Shown piece by piece: positions 17,767-27,107 of a stretch of 64,000 nt of DNA; the first letter of the stretch is position 1, and every line of letters starts with the position of its first letter. Made by a program: the position numbers and the translations under genes. The DNA lies in contig JBAZWY010000022.1 of NCBI GenBank assembly GCA_041660125.1, positions 2,035 to 66,034 on the forward strand, written 5' to 3'. Origin of the DNA: Lentimicrobiaceae bacterium. Lineage in GTDB: Bacteria > Bacteroidota > Bacteroidia > Bacteroidales > UBA4417. The notes beneath the pieces were generated by a model, which saw only the letters and a program-made list of their open reading frames with translations, was not told where the DNA came from and did not search any database.

Positions 17767-18789
17767 ATGAAAGACACAATCAACCAGTTACTCGAAGAAG
17801 TAAAGCTGTTTAATGCCGAAAGTGCGGAACAATTAGAGCATTTTCGTATCCGTTTCCTGGGACGTAAAGGACTTTTGCAGGATTTATTCGACGCATTTAA
17901 AGAACTGCCCGGCGATCAGAAACGTGATGTGGGCCAGTTACTTAATGTACTTAAAAATGCTGCACAGGAAAAAGTTAACCTGCTGAAAGACTCATTTGTA
18001 AGCGTTGAAACAAAAAGTGCTGTTGAAAATGATCTTACCAAACCAGCTAATTTCAGGGAACCCGGCACGAGGCATCCGCTCTCTATTGTCCGTAACGAAA
18101 TGATCAGTATATTTTCCCGTCTTGGTTTTACTGTTAACGAAGGTCCTGAAATTGAAGACGACTGGCATAATTTCTCCGCACTGAATTTCCCGCCTGAGCA
18201 TCCTGCCCGTGATATGCAGGATACTTTCTTTATCGAAAAAGATCCTGATATTGCTTTGCGCACACATACTTCCAGTGTTCAGATTCGTGTGATGGAAAAC
18301 ACAAAACCTCCAATACGCGCTATTTTCCCGGGACGTGTTTACCGCAATGAGGCTATCTCAGCACGGGCTCACTGTTTCTTTCACCAGGTTGAAGGATTGT
18401 ATATCGATCGCGACGTGTCGTTCGCCGATCTAAAACAAACATTATTATATTTCTCGCGCGAAATGTTCGCTCCCGACACACAAATCAGGTTGCGTCCATC
18501 GTATTTTCCTTTTACTGAGCCTTCTGCCGAAATGGATATTTCGTGTAATTTATGCGGAGGTAAAGGATGCACTTTCTGTAAATATACTGGCTGGGTCGAA
18601 ATCCTGGGATGCGGCATGGTCGATCCGGCTGTACTCGAAAACTGCGGAATCGACAGCAAGGAATATTCAGGTTATGCTTTTGGAATGGGAATTGAACGCA
18701 TTACCAATCTTAAATTCCAGGTTAAGGACTTACGCATGTTCAGTGAAAACGATCTTCGTTTCCTGAAACAGTTTGAAACGGCGGGATAG
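17767..18789 (+). CDS. pheS: Phenylalanine--tRNA ligase alpha subunit
   Basis: The ORF spans 17737-18789 with a TTG-initiated extension. The ATG at 17767 (MKDTINQLLEEV) is the likely start. Class II aaRS motifs are present: HPARDMQDTFF, FPGRVYRNE and GMGIERI. Confidence 0.95.
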   Translation: MKDTINQLLEEVKLFNAESAEQLEHFRIRFLGRKGLLQDLFDAFKELPGDQKRDVGQLLNVLKNAAQEKVNLLKDSFVSVETKSAVENDLTKPANFREPGTRHPLSIVRNEMISIFSRLGFTVNEGPEIEDDWHNFSALNFPPEHPARDMQDTFFIEKDPDIALRTHTSSVQIRVMENTKPPIRAIFPGRVYRNEAISARAHCFFHQVEGLYIDRDVSFADLKQTLLYFSREMFAPDTQIRLRPSYFPFTEPSAEMDISCNLCGGKGCTFCKYTGWVEILGCGMVDPAVLENCGIDSKEYSGYAFGMGIERITNLKFQVKDLRMFSENDLRFLKQFETAG

Positions 18790-18910
18790 AAAGAGGGGCG
18801 ACTGGGCGAAGGGCGAGCGGAGACGCAGGGACTAAGAGACTCCGGGATTATAAGAATTTGAGAAAGTCTTTACTTCTTACAGCTGGCACCAGACAATTCT
18901 AATTAGCTAT

Positions 18911-18947
18911 TTGGAATTTGGGTCTTGGAATTTGGGTCTTGGAATTT
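18911..18947. repeat. Tandem repeat of the 14-bp unit ttggaatttgggtc (about 2.6 copies)
   Basis: Read directly from the sequence. It lies between pheS and the convergent methyltransferase gene. Confidence 0.75.
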
Positions 18948-18955
18948 AAACCTTA

Positions 18956-19384
18956 TCACCACACAAACGGGATTATCCTTTTTGTTTTTTTCATATAGGC
19001 TTGGTAGTCAGGATAATGTTCGCAAAGTAGTCTTTCCTCGAAAAGCATTTTTGTAACAAGTCCGGCAATCAAGACCAGTATTAAAATAAGTTTTATAAAA
19101 TCGAATTGACAGGCCAATAAAGCAAATGCAAAGATAAAAATTGATGCATACATTGGATGACGGATTAGCTTGTACGGTCCCCACGAGACCATAACTCCGA
19201 TTTCAACCGGGTATGGGACGATATTAAAATTACCTAACCTCATTGCTGCCATTGCCCAAAATGCAAGAAACCCCGATATGCCCATAAACATAAATGTCCA
19301 CCAGGGAAGTGCAAGCCAATTGGTGAAAATCGCCAGTAATGCCAGGCAAGAAAACTGTATGGTTACAAGAATATTTCCTTTCAT
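18956..19384 (-). CDS. Isoprenylcysteine carboxyl methyltransferase (ICMT)/phospholipid methyltransferase family membrane protein
   Basis: 142 aa with four hydrophobic helices. The motif GPYKLIRHPMYAS...EERLL is typical of the ICMT/PEMT family. Confidence 0.7.
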   Translation of the reverse strand: MKGNILVTIQFSCLALLAIFTNWLALPWWTFMFMGISGFLAFWAMAAMRLGNFNIVPYPVEIGVMVSWGPYKLIRHPMYASIFIFAFALLACQFDFIKLILILVLIAGLVTKMLFEERLLCEHYPDYQAYMKKTKRIIPFVW

Positions 19385-19884
19385 TGATCTTCGGCGTGGG
19401 GCATAATGAGTTTATACATTTCAGCTTTTTTCTTTTTCAAATCGGTCAGATGCAGTTCCAGGTCCAGCAGAATCGGCCCAAGTGCTTTTATGGGTTCCTG
19501 GCTCATCAATGCGGCCAACTGAACACCGGCTATTGATTTAACCTGGGAAATGAGTTGCTTCACCTTTCCATCCGGAATAGCTCCATGTATAACCAGAAAA
19601 CAGCCAAAATGTTTGTGTGTTGACAATAGGTTTATTCCTTCATTCCTGTTACTGATCAAACAGAATATGCTCCTGTAATCATCATCCTGGTAATGAAAGA
19701 ACTTAAAATAATTCAGGCTGTCCGTTTTTTCTGCATATACAGGAAGATCGTCTTCCCGAACCAGGTTGAGCAAGGTTTTGCTGTTAATAAAATGAACCAG
19801 TTGAATTAACGGGATATTCGTGGCAATACCAATTAATGCATCAGCCGCTTCAAAAGCGGGTTCAAGACGTGGTGTGCGGGCCAT
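19381..19884 (-). CDS. Hypothetical protein, possibly a diverged member of the Bacteroidota IPExxxVDY family
   Basis: 167 aa. Its stop overlaps the downstream start by 4 nt (ATGA). The position next to pyk and the size fit that family as I remember it, but the eponymous motif is degenerate here (LLSTHKHFGCFLVI). Confidence 0.4.
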   Translation of the reverse strand: MARTPRLEPAFEAADALIGIATNIPLIQLVHFINSKTLLNLVREDDLPVYAEKTDSLNYFKFFHYQDDDYRSIFCLISNRNEGINLLSTHKHFGCFLVIHGAIPDGKVKQLISQVKSIAGVQLAALMSQEPIKALGPILLDLELHLTDLKKKKAEMYKLIMPHAEDQ

Positions 19885-19974
19885 GAGTGGCTGGGATTAG
19901 GAGTTAGGGATTAGAGGTTGTGGTGACAAAAAGATAGGCGAAAAGGTGAAGGGCGATAGGGCAACCAGGCGAAA

Positions 19975-21402
19975 TTACGCATAATCCAGTTTCACTGTAT
20001 TTGTTTGCCCGGCAACATAAATAGGCGTGCTGGCAACTTTTATGAGTAGGTCGCCTTTTTTGATACGGCCTTCAGCAATCAACTGGTCGGTAATGGATTT
20101 AAAAGTCTTAGTAGTCGAAGCAACGATTTTATCGAAATAGAAACCTTTAATACCCCATACCAGGTTAAGTTTACATAACAAAAATCGGTTACTGGTAAAA
20201 ATAAAAATATCCTGCTTAGGCCGTTGGCTGCTGATTCGTAACGCCGAGTACCCTGTAATTGTCATGGCAATAATAGCACCGGCATTCGATTCAATAGCCA
20301 GGCTGCAGGCTGCTGAAAGTATTGAGTCGGAAATAACCCGCTTTTTGTCTGCTTGATTTGCATAGCGTGGCTTATTATAAATGTCTTCCATTTTCTCAAC
20401 TTCCCAAATGATCTTCTGCATGGTTTCAACAACCTCTTCCGGGTACCGGCCAATGCTGGTTTCACCGCTTAGCATAACAGCATCGGCTCCGTCTAAAACA
20501 GAATTGGCTACATCATTTACTTCAGCACGCGTAGGCCTGATATTGCTGATCATACCTTCCATCATCTGGGTGGCAACAATAATCGGTTTCGAAAGCTGGT
20601 TGCATTTGCGGATAAGCCTTTTTTGAACCAGTGGAACCTGTTCCAAAGGAAGTTCAACACCCAGGTCACCACGGGCAACCATAATACCATCCGATATGGC
20701 AATGATTTCGTCCATGTTTTTTACAGCATCAGGTTTTTCAATTTTGGCAATTATGCCGGGCATATTTGCAGGAATGCCCAATTCGTTTATGGAAGTTTTG
20801 AGGTGCCGGATATCATCGCCTTTTCTAACAAAAGACAAAGCTATCCAGTTGAGTTCATGTTCCAGGATAAAGGCCAGGTCACGCCTATCCTTTTCCGTCA
20901 GCGATGGCAACGAAACCTCTGTATTGGGGAGGTTCACTCCTTTTTTACCGGATAAAATGCCCCCGTGGATCACTACCGCTTTAACCTCATCCACCCCATT
21001 GGTACTGATAACACGGAAAAGCAGTTTTCCGTCGTCAAGCAAAAGGTCCTCACCGGGTTTTACATCGCGTGCAAATTCGGGATAGGTGATATACAATCTA
21101 TCGGCCGTACAGGTACATTCGATAGTGGTAAATACCAACTCATGCCCGTCAGGCATCATCACCTGGTTGTCAGCAAAAGCGCCTATACGGATTTTAGGAC
21201 CTTGCAAATCACCAAGTAAAGCTATATGAGTCCCCAACTCATTGTTCAACGACCTAACATGTTCAATCACCTTTAGATGATCACTGTATGAGCCATGCGA
21301 AAAATTGAGCCGGAATACATCAACACCGGCTTTAATAAGTTTACCTAACATTTCGCGGCTCGAACATGCCGGGCCAACCGTGGCAACAATTTTTGTTTTC
21401 AT
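19975..21402 (-). CDS. pyk: Pyruvate kinase
   Basis: 475 aa. Motifs MKTKIVATVGPA, FRLNFSHG, IIAKIE, MVARGDLGVE and ATQMMESM-like (ATQMMEGM) are present. Confidence 0.95.
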   Translation of the reverse strand: MKTKIVATVGPACSSREMLGKLIKAGVDVFRLNFSHGSYSDHLKVIEHVRSLNNELGTHIALLGDLQGPKIRIGAFADNQVMMPDGHELVFTTIECTCTADRLYITYPEFARDVKPGEDLLLDDGKLLFRVISTNGVDEVKAVVIHGGILSGKKGVNLPNTEVSLPSLTEKDRRDLAFILEHELNWIALSFVRKGDDIRHLKTSINELGIPANMPGIIAKIEKPDAVKNMDEIIAISDGIMVARGDLGVELPLEQVPLVQKRLIRKCNQLSKPIIVATQMMEGMISNIRPTRAEVNDVANSVLDGADAVMLSGETSIGRYPEEVVETMQKIIWEVEKMEDIYNKPRYANQADKKRVISDSILSAACSLAIESNAGAIIAMTITGYSALRISSQRPKQDIFIFTSNRFLLCKLNLVWGIKGFYFDKIVASTTKTFKSITDQLIAEGRIKKGDLLIKVASTPIYVAGQTNTVKLDYA

Positions 21403-21411
21403 AAGCGATGG

Positions 21412-22329
21412 TCAAACTTTTTGATTTCTGACAGAATCTTGAGTTTCTATATAAATAGTACCTATTTCGGGAATTTCGTTTTTCAGGTTAAGTTTTAACT
21501 GCTCTACCATATCTTCAACTTCAGAGCCTTTCATTTCATCGTTTATATCAACCGATAGCAATACTAAATATTTGCTGTCGCCCATCACCATAGTCTGCAT
21601 ACGGTTGACATGCCCGATTTTCTTATATTTATGGATCACATTTCGCATTAACTGTCGTCTCTCACGTGGCATACTCTCTCCAACGATCAGGTTTTTAACT
21701 TCCGCAATCAATACTATTGATACGGCCAAAAGTAATAATCCCACAAAAATACTACCTATGGCGTCGAAAACAGGATTAACGAGCCAGGCCAGAAAAGTCG
21801 AAATCAATACAATCATAAGGCCTGCCATAGCGGCGGAGTCTTCCAATACTACAACAATCAGGCTGACCTGTGTTGAAGCCCTGATGGCTTTTAGAAAAGG
21901 CAGTTGCGTAGTTTTCCTGAATTCGCCAAATGCTACCTGGAACGATTTTGCTTCAATAACAATGGAACTGACCAATACGGCAAAAATCCAGTAAATATTC
22001 CTGATTTCTTCGGGATGCATGAGTTTATGAACACCTTCGTAAATGGAGAACATAGCTCCTACAAAAAACAGCAATATTGCTACCATCAGCGACCAGAAGA
22101 ATATTTCATTGGCATACCCGAAACTATGCATTTCGGAAGGTGATTTTTTAGCTTTTTTATGCCCGATAAGCAGAAGGACCTGGTTAAAGGTATCTGCAGT
22201 TGAATGAATAGATTCGGCAAGCATTGCGGCACTGCCGGTAATAAAAGCTACAATATATTTGATAATGGCGATCAGCAGGTTGCCTGCAAGGGCGAAAACA
22301 ATTGCTTTGTTCGATCCGTGAGTACTCAT
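21412..22329 (-). CDS. Cation diffusion facilitator (CDF) family divalent-metal efflux transporter
   Basis: 305 aa with six transmembrane helices. The motifs SAAMLAESIHSTADT and LEDSAA (metal site) are present, followed by a C-terminal cytoplasmic domain. Confidence 0.85.
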   Translation of the reverse strand: MSTHGSNKAIVFALAGNLLIAIIKYIVAFITGSAAMLAESIHSTADTFNQVLLLIGHKKAKKSPSEMHSFGYANEIFFWSLMVAILLFFVGAMFSIYEGVHKLMHPEEIRNIYWIFAVLVSSIVIEAKSFQVAFGEFRKTTQLPFLKAIRASTQVSLIVVVLEDSAAMAGLMIVLISTFLAWLVNPVFDAIGSIFVGLLLLAVSIVLIAEVKNLIVGESMPRERRQLMRNVIHKYKKIGHVNRMQTMVMGDSKYLVLLSVDINDEMKGSEVEDMVEQLKLNLKNEIPEIGTIYIETQDSVRNQKV

Positions 22330-22581
22330 TCAGATTGGATGAAAAATGGTGAAATGGAGATTAGAAAAAAGATGTATCAGGAAAATTGTCTTTTTGTTTA
22401 GCCCGATGAATCCAAAAAATATTTTATTCTTTGTTCGTTTAAACCCTTCCAGGATTTCAAACCCTTGAAGGGTTAGTCAGTTTAAAGAATAACTAACAAA
22501 ACTGTAAATCAGGTTTGATATTACAAATATACTCTATCGGGAAAACTATTTCAAAGTAAAAGAAAGAATAACAGGCCTGAA

Positions 22582-23316
22582 CTACAATTTTTCAAGTTCA
22601 AGCTGAAGCAGAGCTTTCATTGCTGCATCCTGTTCGGCTCCCTTGATAGAGTAATCGCGGCCTTTGCCCATCGATATTTTATCGATAAGAACATCAACCA
22701 CATATTGCTTGTTGTACCCATGCCCGACCTCGTTGAGGATCACAAATTCAACCGGGCGTTTTTCCCGCTGCGACCATTCGATGATTTGGCTTTTATAGTT
22801 GGTATTGTTATTTTCGAGTTCTTGCAGGTCAAAATGTTGCTTGATAATTTTCTCGATGATAATCTGCCGGGTAAAATTAAAGCCTTTGTCAAGGTACATT
22901 GCTCCAATCAATGCCTCAAATGCATCCCCTTTCATGGAGCGATATACATTATTGTTCTCGGTGCTGACCGTGATCAGGGTATCGACTCCCATTTTCTGCG
23001 AAAGTTTATTCAATTGCGCCCTGCTTACAATGCGCGAACGCATCTCTGTAAGGAAGCCTTCGTCTTTATAAGGAAACATTTTGAATAGGTGGTCGGCAAC
23101 TACTGCACTTAGTATGGCATCACCCAAATATTCGAGTCTTTCGTTACTTACACGGCTGCCATTAGCGAGTTCAATGGCCTGGGATTTATGGCGGAAGGCC
23201 AGTTTATACAAAAAAATATTCCCGGGGTAATACCCGAAAATATTTTTCAGTGCTACGAAAAGCTGCTTGTCTTCAGAGAGAAAGACTCTGATAGGTTTAA
23301 TGACGTCGAATGTCAA
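22582..23316 (-). CDS. rnc: Ribonuclease III
   Basis: 244 aa. The RNase III signature NERLEYLGDAIL is present, along with FEALIGAMYLD and a C-terminal dsRBD. Confidence 0.95.
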   Translation of the reverse strand: MTFDVIKPIRVFLSEDKQLFVALKNIFGYYPGNIFLYKLAFRHKSQAIELANGSRVSNERLEYLGDAILSAVVADHLFKMFPYKDEGFLTEMRSRIVSRAQLNKLSQKMGVDTLITVSTENNNVYRSMKGDAFEALIGAMYLDKGFNFTRQIIIEKIIKQHFDLQELENNNTNYKSQIIEWSQREKRPVEFVILNEVGHGYNKQYVVDVLIDKISMGKGRDYSIKGAEQDAAMKALLQLELEKL

Positions 23317-23318
23317 AA

Positions 23319-24572
23319 TTACTTCACAAATTTCTTGAAAATGAGTGTAGCGTTGTGGCCCCCAAAACCGAAAGTATTGCTTAAGGCAGTGTTAACGGTG
23401 GCTTGCAAGGCTTTATTAAATACATAAGTAAGGGATTGATCAACCTCAGGGTCATCTGTAAAATGGTTGATCGTAGGAGGGATAATATCATTCTGAATGG
23501 CCAGAATAGAAGCCATTGCTTCAACAGCGCCGGCTGCACCAAGCAAATGACCGGTCATGGATTTGGTTGAAGTTACAAATACTTTTGGTGAGTGTTCTCC
23601 AAATAATTTGGCTAATGCAGTGGTTTCGGCAATATCTCCGAGCGGGGTCGAAGTGCCGTGAGTATTCACATGATCAATATCATTCACCGTCATACCGGCA
23701 TCGCGAAGGGCTGAGCGCATCGCGTTGAGGGCGCCTAACCCTTCCGGGTGAGGGGCGGTAATATGATGTGCATCGCCACTCATTCCGGCACCTGCCACTT
23801 CCGCATATATTTTTGCACCTCTTGCAAGTGCATGTTCCAACTCTTCAAAAATTAAGCAAGCTCCACCTTCCCCGATAACAAATCCATCACGATCTAAGTC
23901 GAAAGGGCGTGAAGCCGTTAATGGGTCATCGTTGCGGGTTGAAATAGCGTGCATAGCGTTAAACCCGCCAACACCTGCAGCATTGATTGCCGCTTCTGAA
24001 CCACCGGTAACAAACGCATTTGCCATATCAAGCCTGATATAGTTGAACGCATCAATTAATGCGTTGGCTGAAGAAGCACAAGCTGATACAGTTGCAAAAT
24101 TCGGACCTCTGAATCCATAGCGTATGGAAATCTGGCCTGCAGCTATATCGGCTATCATCTTGGGGATCATCAGCGGGTTAAAGCGTGGTGTACCATCGCC
24201 GTGTGCAAAAGCGGTAATTTCATCAATAATGGTAGTCATGCCACCAATTCCCGAAGCCCAGATTACCCCTATACGATCATGATCAACCTCTGCCACATCC
24301 AACCCCGAATCTTTGACAGCCTCATCGGCAGAAATTACACCATAAAGAGTAAAGGGATCAAATTTCCGAACTTCCTTACGGTCGAAAAAATTTAAAGGGT
24401 CGAAATTTTTGACCTCACAGGCAAACCTTGTTTTGAATTTACTGGAATCAAAATGTGTGATGGGGCCAGCACCACTAACCCCATTAACCAAGCCTCTCCA
24501 GGTTTCCGGAGCTGTATTGCCTAATGGAGTCAGTGCGCCAAGGCCGGTAACTACTACTCGCCTTAACTTCAT
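23319..24572 (-). CDS. fabF: Beta-ketoacyl-ACP synthase II
   Basis: 417 aa. The active-site motif ATVSACASS is present, as are HGTSTPLGD and FGFGGHNA. The acpP-fabF-rnc gene order is conserved. Confidence 0.95.
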   Translation of the reverse strand: MKLRRVVVTGLGALTPLGNTAPETWRGLVNGVSGAGPITHFDSSKFKTRFACEVKNFDPLNFFDRKEVRKFDPFTLYGVISADEAVKDSGLDVAEVDHDRIGVIWASGIGGMTTIIDEITAFAHGDGTPRFNPLMIPKMIADIAAGQISIRYGFRGPNFATVSACASSANALIDAFNYIRLDMANAFVTGGSEAAINAAGVGGFNAMHAISTRNDDPLTASRPFDLDRDGFVIGEGGACLIFEELEHALARGAKIYAEVAGAGMSGDAHHITAPHPEGLGALNAMRSALRDAGMTVNDIDHVNTHGTSTPLGDIAETTALAKLFGEHSPKVFVTSTKSMTGHLLGAAGAVEAMASILAIQNDIIPPTINHFTDDPEVDQSLTYVFNKALQATVNTALSNTFGFGGHNATLIFKKFVK

Positions 24573-24586
24573 CGAATGGATTTTAC

Positions 24587-24823
24587 TTATTTCGCGTTGC
24601 TTTCGAGGTAAGTGATTGCATCACCTACTGTACTGATTTTTTCAGCCTGATCGTCTGGAATAGCAATATTGAATTCCTTTTCGAATTCCATAATCAGTTC
24701 AACGGTGTCCAGTGAATCGGCACCCAGGTCGTTGGTGAAACTTGCTGCAGGGGTTACTTCTTTTTCGTCTACTCCCAGCTTATCAACGATGATAGCTTTT
24801 ACTCTTGTTGCAATGTCGGACAT
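24587..24823 (-). CDS. acpP: Acyl carrier protein
   Basis: 78 aa. The phosphopantetheine attachment motif [11 protein letters not shown] is present. Confidence 0.95.
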   Translation of the reverse strand: MSDIATRVKAIIVDKLGVDEKEVTPAASFTNDLGADSLDTVELIMEFEKEFNIAIPDDQAEKISTVGDAITYLESNAK

Positions 24824-25136
24824 TGTTGTACGCTTTTAATTGGTTTAAGGCTGCAAAGAAATAACAATTTAGCCGATAAAACAATTATTACACATAATAT
24901 TTTAGCGCCAATAGAACTAACCGGCTATTTGTGAGGCTAGTATGCAGGTATTATAGCTATTGCCTGTTTATTTTTGACTGACTATTTTCATTTATTTTTA
25001 AGCTTCTACCTCATGTTCCTGAAATATGTCGATTGGATTTTGTTATTTTGATGCAGGAAATTCTCATTTATCTGTTGCATCAAATTAATATTGTGATAAC
25101 GAGTTAATTCTCATTCAATCTATTTTCAGTAATCGT

Positions 25137-25724
25137 ATGAAAGTATCTCCAAGAATTGCAATTTTTGCCTCAGGAAGCGGTAGTAATGCGCAGCGAATTG
25201 CTGAATATTTTGCCAGTACAGGATTACTTGAGATTTCAGCCATTTACTGCAATAACCCGAAAGCGTTTGTATTGGAAAGAGCAAAGTTACTTGGGATACC
25301 TTCGGTATTATTTAACCGCAACGAATTTTATCACACATCATTGATATTGGACGATCTGAAGAGTCGAAAAACGGATTGGATCGTTCTGGCTGGTTTTTTA
25401 TGGTTGATACCTGATCCTATTTTAAAAGCATTTCCACATAGGATCATAAATATTCATCCGGCATTGTTGCCAGCCTACGGAGGCAAGGGAATGTTTGGGA
25501 TGAAAGTACATGAATCGGTTATCGCTTCAGGCGAAAAGCAAAGCGGTATAACTATTCATCATGTAAATGAGCTGTATGATGAAGGGGATATTATTTTCCA
25601 GGCAACCTGCCAGGTTCAGCCAGGTGACACACCTGAGATGCTGGCTGCAAAAATCCATGAGTTGGAATATGAGTATTTCCCAGTAGTTATTGGGAAGTTG
25701 GTTTGTGGGGTTGTTAATAGTTAA
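25137..25724 (+). CDS. purN: Phosphoribosylglycinamide formyltransferase
   Basis: 195 aa. Motifs IAIFASGSGSNA, INIHPALLP and SGITIHHVNELYDEGDII are present. Confidence 0.9.
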   Translation: MKVSPRIAIFASGSGSNAQRIAEYFASTGLLEISAIYCNNPKAFVLERAKLLGIPSVLFNRNEFYHTSLILDDLKSRKTDWIVLAGFLWLIPDPILKAFPHRIINIHPALLPAYGGKGMFGMKVHESVIASGEKQSGITIHHVNELYDEGDIIFQATCQVQPGDTPEMLAAKIHELEYEYFPVVIGKLVCGVVNS

Positions 25725-25780
25725 TGGAAAATAGAAAATAGAAAATAGTCTTTGTGTGGGAAGATAATTGCTAAAAGAAA

Positions 25781-25813
25781 AATGGAAAATGGTATTCCCC
25801 ACCATTTTCCATT
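25781..25813. terminator. Perfect 13-bp hairpin (AATGGAAAATGGT / ACCATTTTCCATT, 7-nt loop) between convergent purN and buk; candidate bidirectional terminator
   Basis: The stem was read directly from the sequence. It is embedded in larger inverted arms of gttaat/ggaaaat/agaaaat words (25713-25844). Confidence 0.6.
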
Positions 25814-25852
25814 AACTATTTTCCATTAACTAATTTCTATTAACTTAATTTT

Positions 25853-26929
25853 TCAAACATATTCCTTCACTTCCACCTCACCTCTCAGCACCATTAGGCC
25901 GTTCATAGCCAGGGCACGCATTTCGTCTTCACCAGGATAAATATATACAGGAGCAAATTTATATACTCTTTCAATAATAAGGTTGGTAATCCATTTACTG
26001 TGGGCAACTCCTCCGGTAAACAAAATGGCATCAACTTCACCTTTAAGTACGGGAACCATTGAACCAATGCTTTTAGCTACCTGGTAGGCAAAGGCTTCGA
26101 GGATAAATTTTGCCTGCCCCTCGCCATTTTGAGCACGCTGTTCCGCTTCGTAAACGTTATTGGTCCCCAGGTGAGCCACAATACCACCATTGCCTACAAT
26201 CATTTTTATCACTTCTTTTTCCTCGTATTGTCCGCTAAAGCAAAAGCGTACCAGGTCACCGGTTGGTAATGTTCCACTGCGCTCAGGCGAAAAAGGCCCT
26301 TCCCCGTCGAGCCCCTGGTTTACATCAATAACACGTCCTTTATAATGCGCCCCGATTGTAATTCCACCGCCCATATGAACTACAATAAGGTTCAGGTCTT
26401 CATACCTTTTCATGATGCTTTTGGCATGCTGACGTGCAATTGATTTCTGATTAAGTGCGTGAAAAATAGAAAGCCGTTTGAATAATGGGTGTCCGGCAAC
26501 ACGAGCTATTTCATCGAGTTCGTCAACAACCACAGGATCGGCAATATACGCTTTTGCATCCGGCAGTGCCCGTGCAATATCATCGGCTATCAAACCTCCC
26601 AGGTTACTGGCATGTTCTTTAATAGGATGATCATACAAATCCGATTTCATAGCTTCATTCACCAGGTAAACGCCCGATGAAATGGGTTTCAACATTCCGC
26701 CACGACCAACGACAGCCTGAATTTTATCAAGCTGTACTTCAGCATCTTCCAGTTCTTTGTAAATAATCTCTTTCCGGAAATGGAACTGATCGGCCACATG
26801 CTCAAACTGCGCGAGTTCTTCGCTCGGGTGCATAATATTCTTTACAAAAACCGGGTTCATATTATGATACACCGCAATTTTTGTAGAGGTTGAACCCGGA
26901 TTTATCGCAAGTATGCGGAAATCTTCCAT
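25853..26929 (-). CDS. buk: Butyrate kinase
   Basis: 358 aa of the acetate/butyrate kinase fold. Motifs ILAINPGSTSTK and HMGGGITIGAH are present. It lies directly downstream of ptb. Confidence 0.9.
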   Translation of the reverse strand: MEDFRILAINPGSTSTKIAVYHNMNPVFVKNIMHPSEELAQFEHVADQFHFRKEIIYKELEDAEVQLDKIQAVVGRGGMLKPISSGVYLVNEAMKSDLYDHPIKEHASNLGGLIADDIARALPDAKAYIADPVVVDELDEIARVAGHPLFKRLSIFHALNQKSIARQHAKSIMKRYEDLNLIVVHMGGGITIGAHYKGRVIDVNQGLDGEGPFSPERSGTLPTGDLVRFCFSGQYEEKEVIKMIVGNGGIVAHLGTNNVYEAEQRAQNGEGQAKFILEAFAYQVAKSIGSMVPVLKGEVDAILFTGGVAHSKWITNLIIERVYKFAPVYIYPGEDEMRALAMNGLMVLRGEVEVKEYV

Positions 26930-26946
26930 GTTTTTGGTTAGTTATT

Positions 26947-27061
26947 GGTTCCCTTCGACTACGCTCAGGGTAAAAATGGAAAATGGAAAATAGTTATAAT
27001 TGAAATCATCAAAATAATGATTGTTGACTTTACTATTTTCTATTAACCATTTTCTATTAAC
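26947..27061. repeat. Intergenic word-stutter element in the ptb-buk spacer (shared box GGTTCCCTTCGACTACGCTCAGGGTAAAAATG plus inverted ggaaaat/agaaaat/gttaat arms)
   Basis: The left arm atggaaaatggaaaatagt and right arm actattttctattaaccattttctattaac are inverted copies. The box is shared with 13934-13989. Confidence 0.55.
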
Positions 27062-27107
27062 TCTTCACTGAATGATTCAATCAAAATACCATAATTCGAG
27101 CAACAAC

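Noticed and set aside
25713-27061. A possible CRISPR array, suggested by the reiterated ggaaaat/gttaat words.
   Set aside because: The repeat units are 6-9 nt and directly adjacent, with no unique spacers of about 30 nt between them. There are no cas genes, and the arms are inverted rather than direct.
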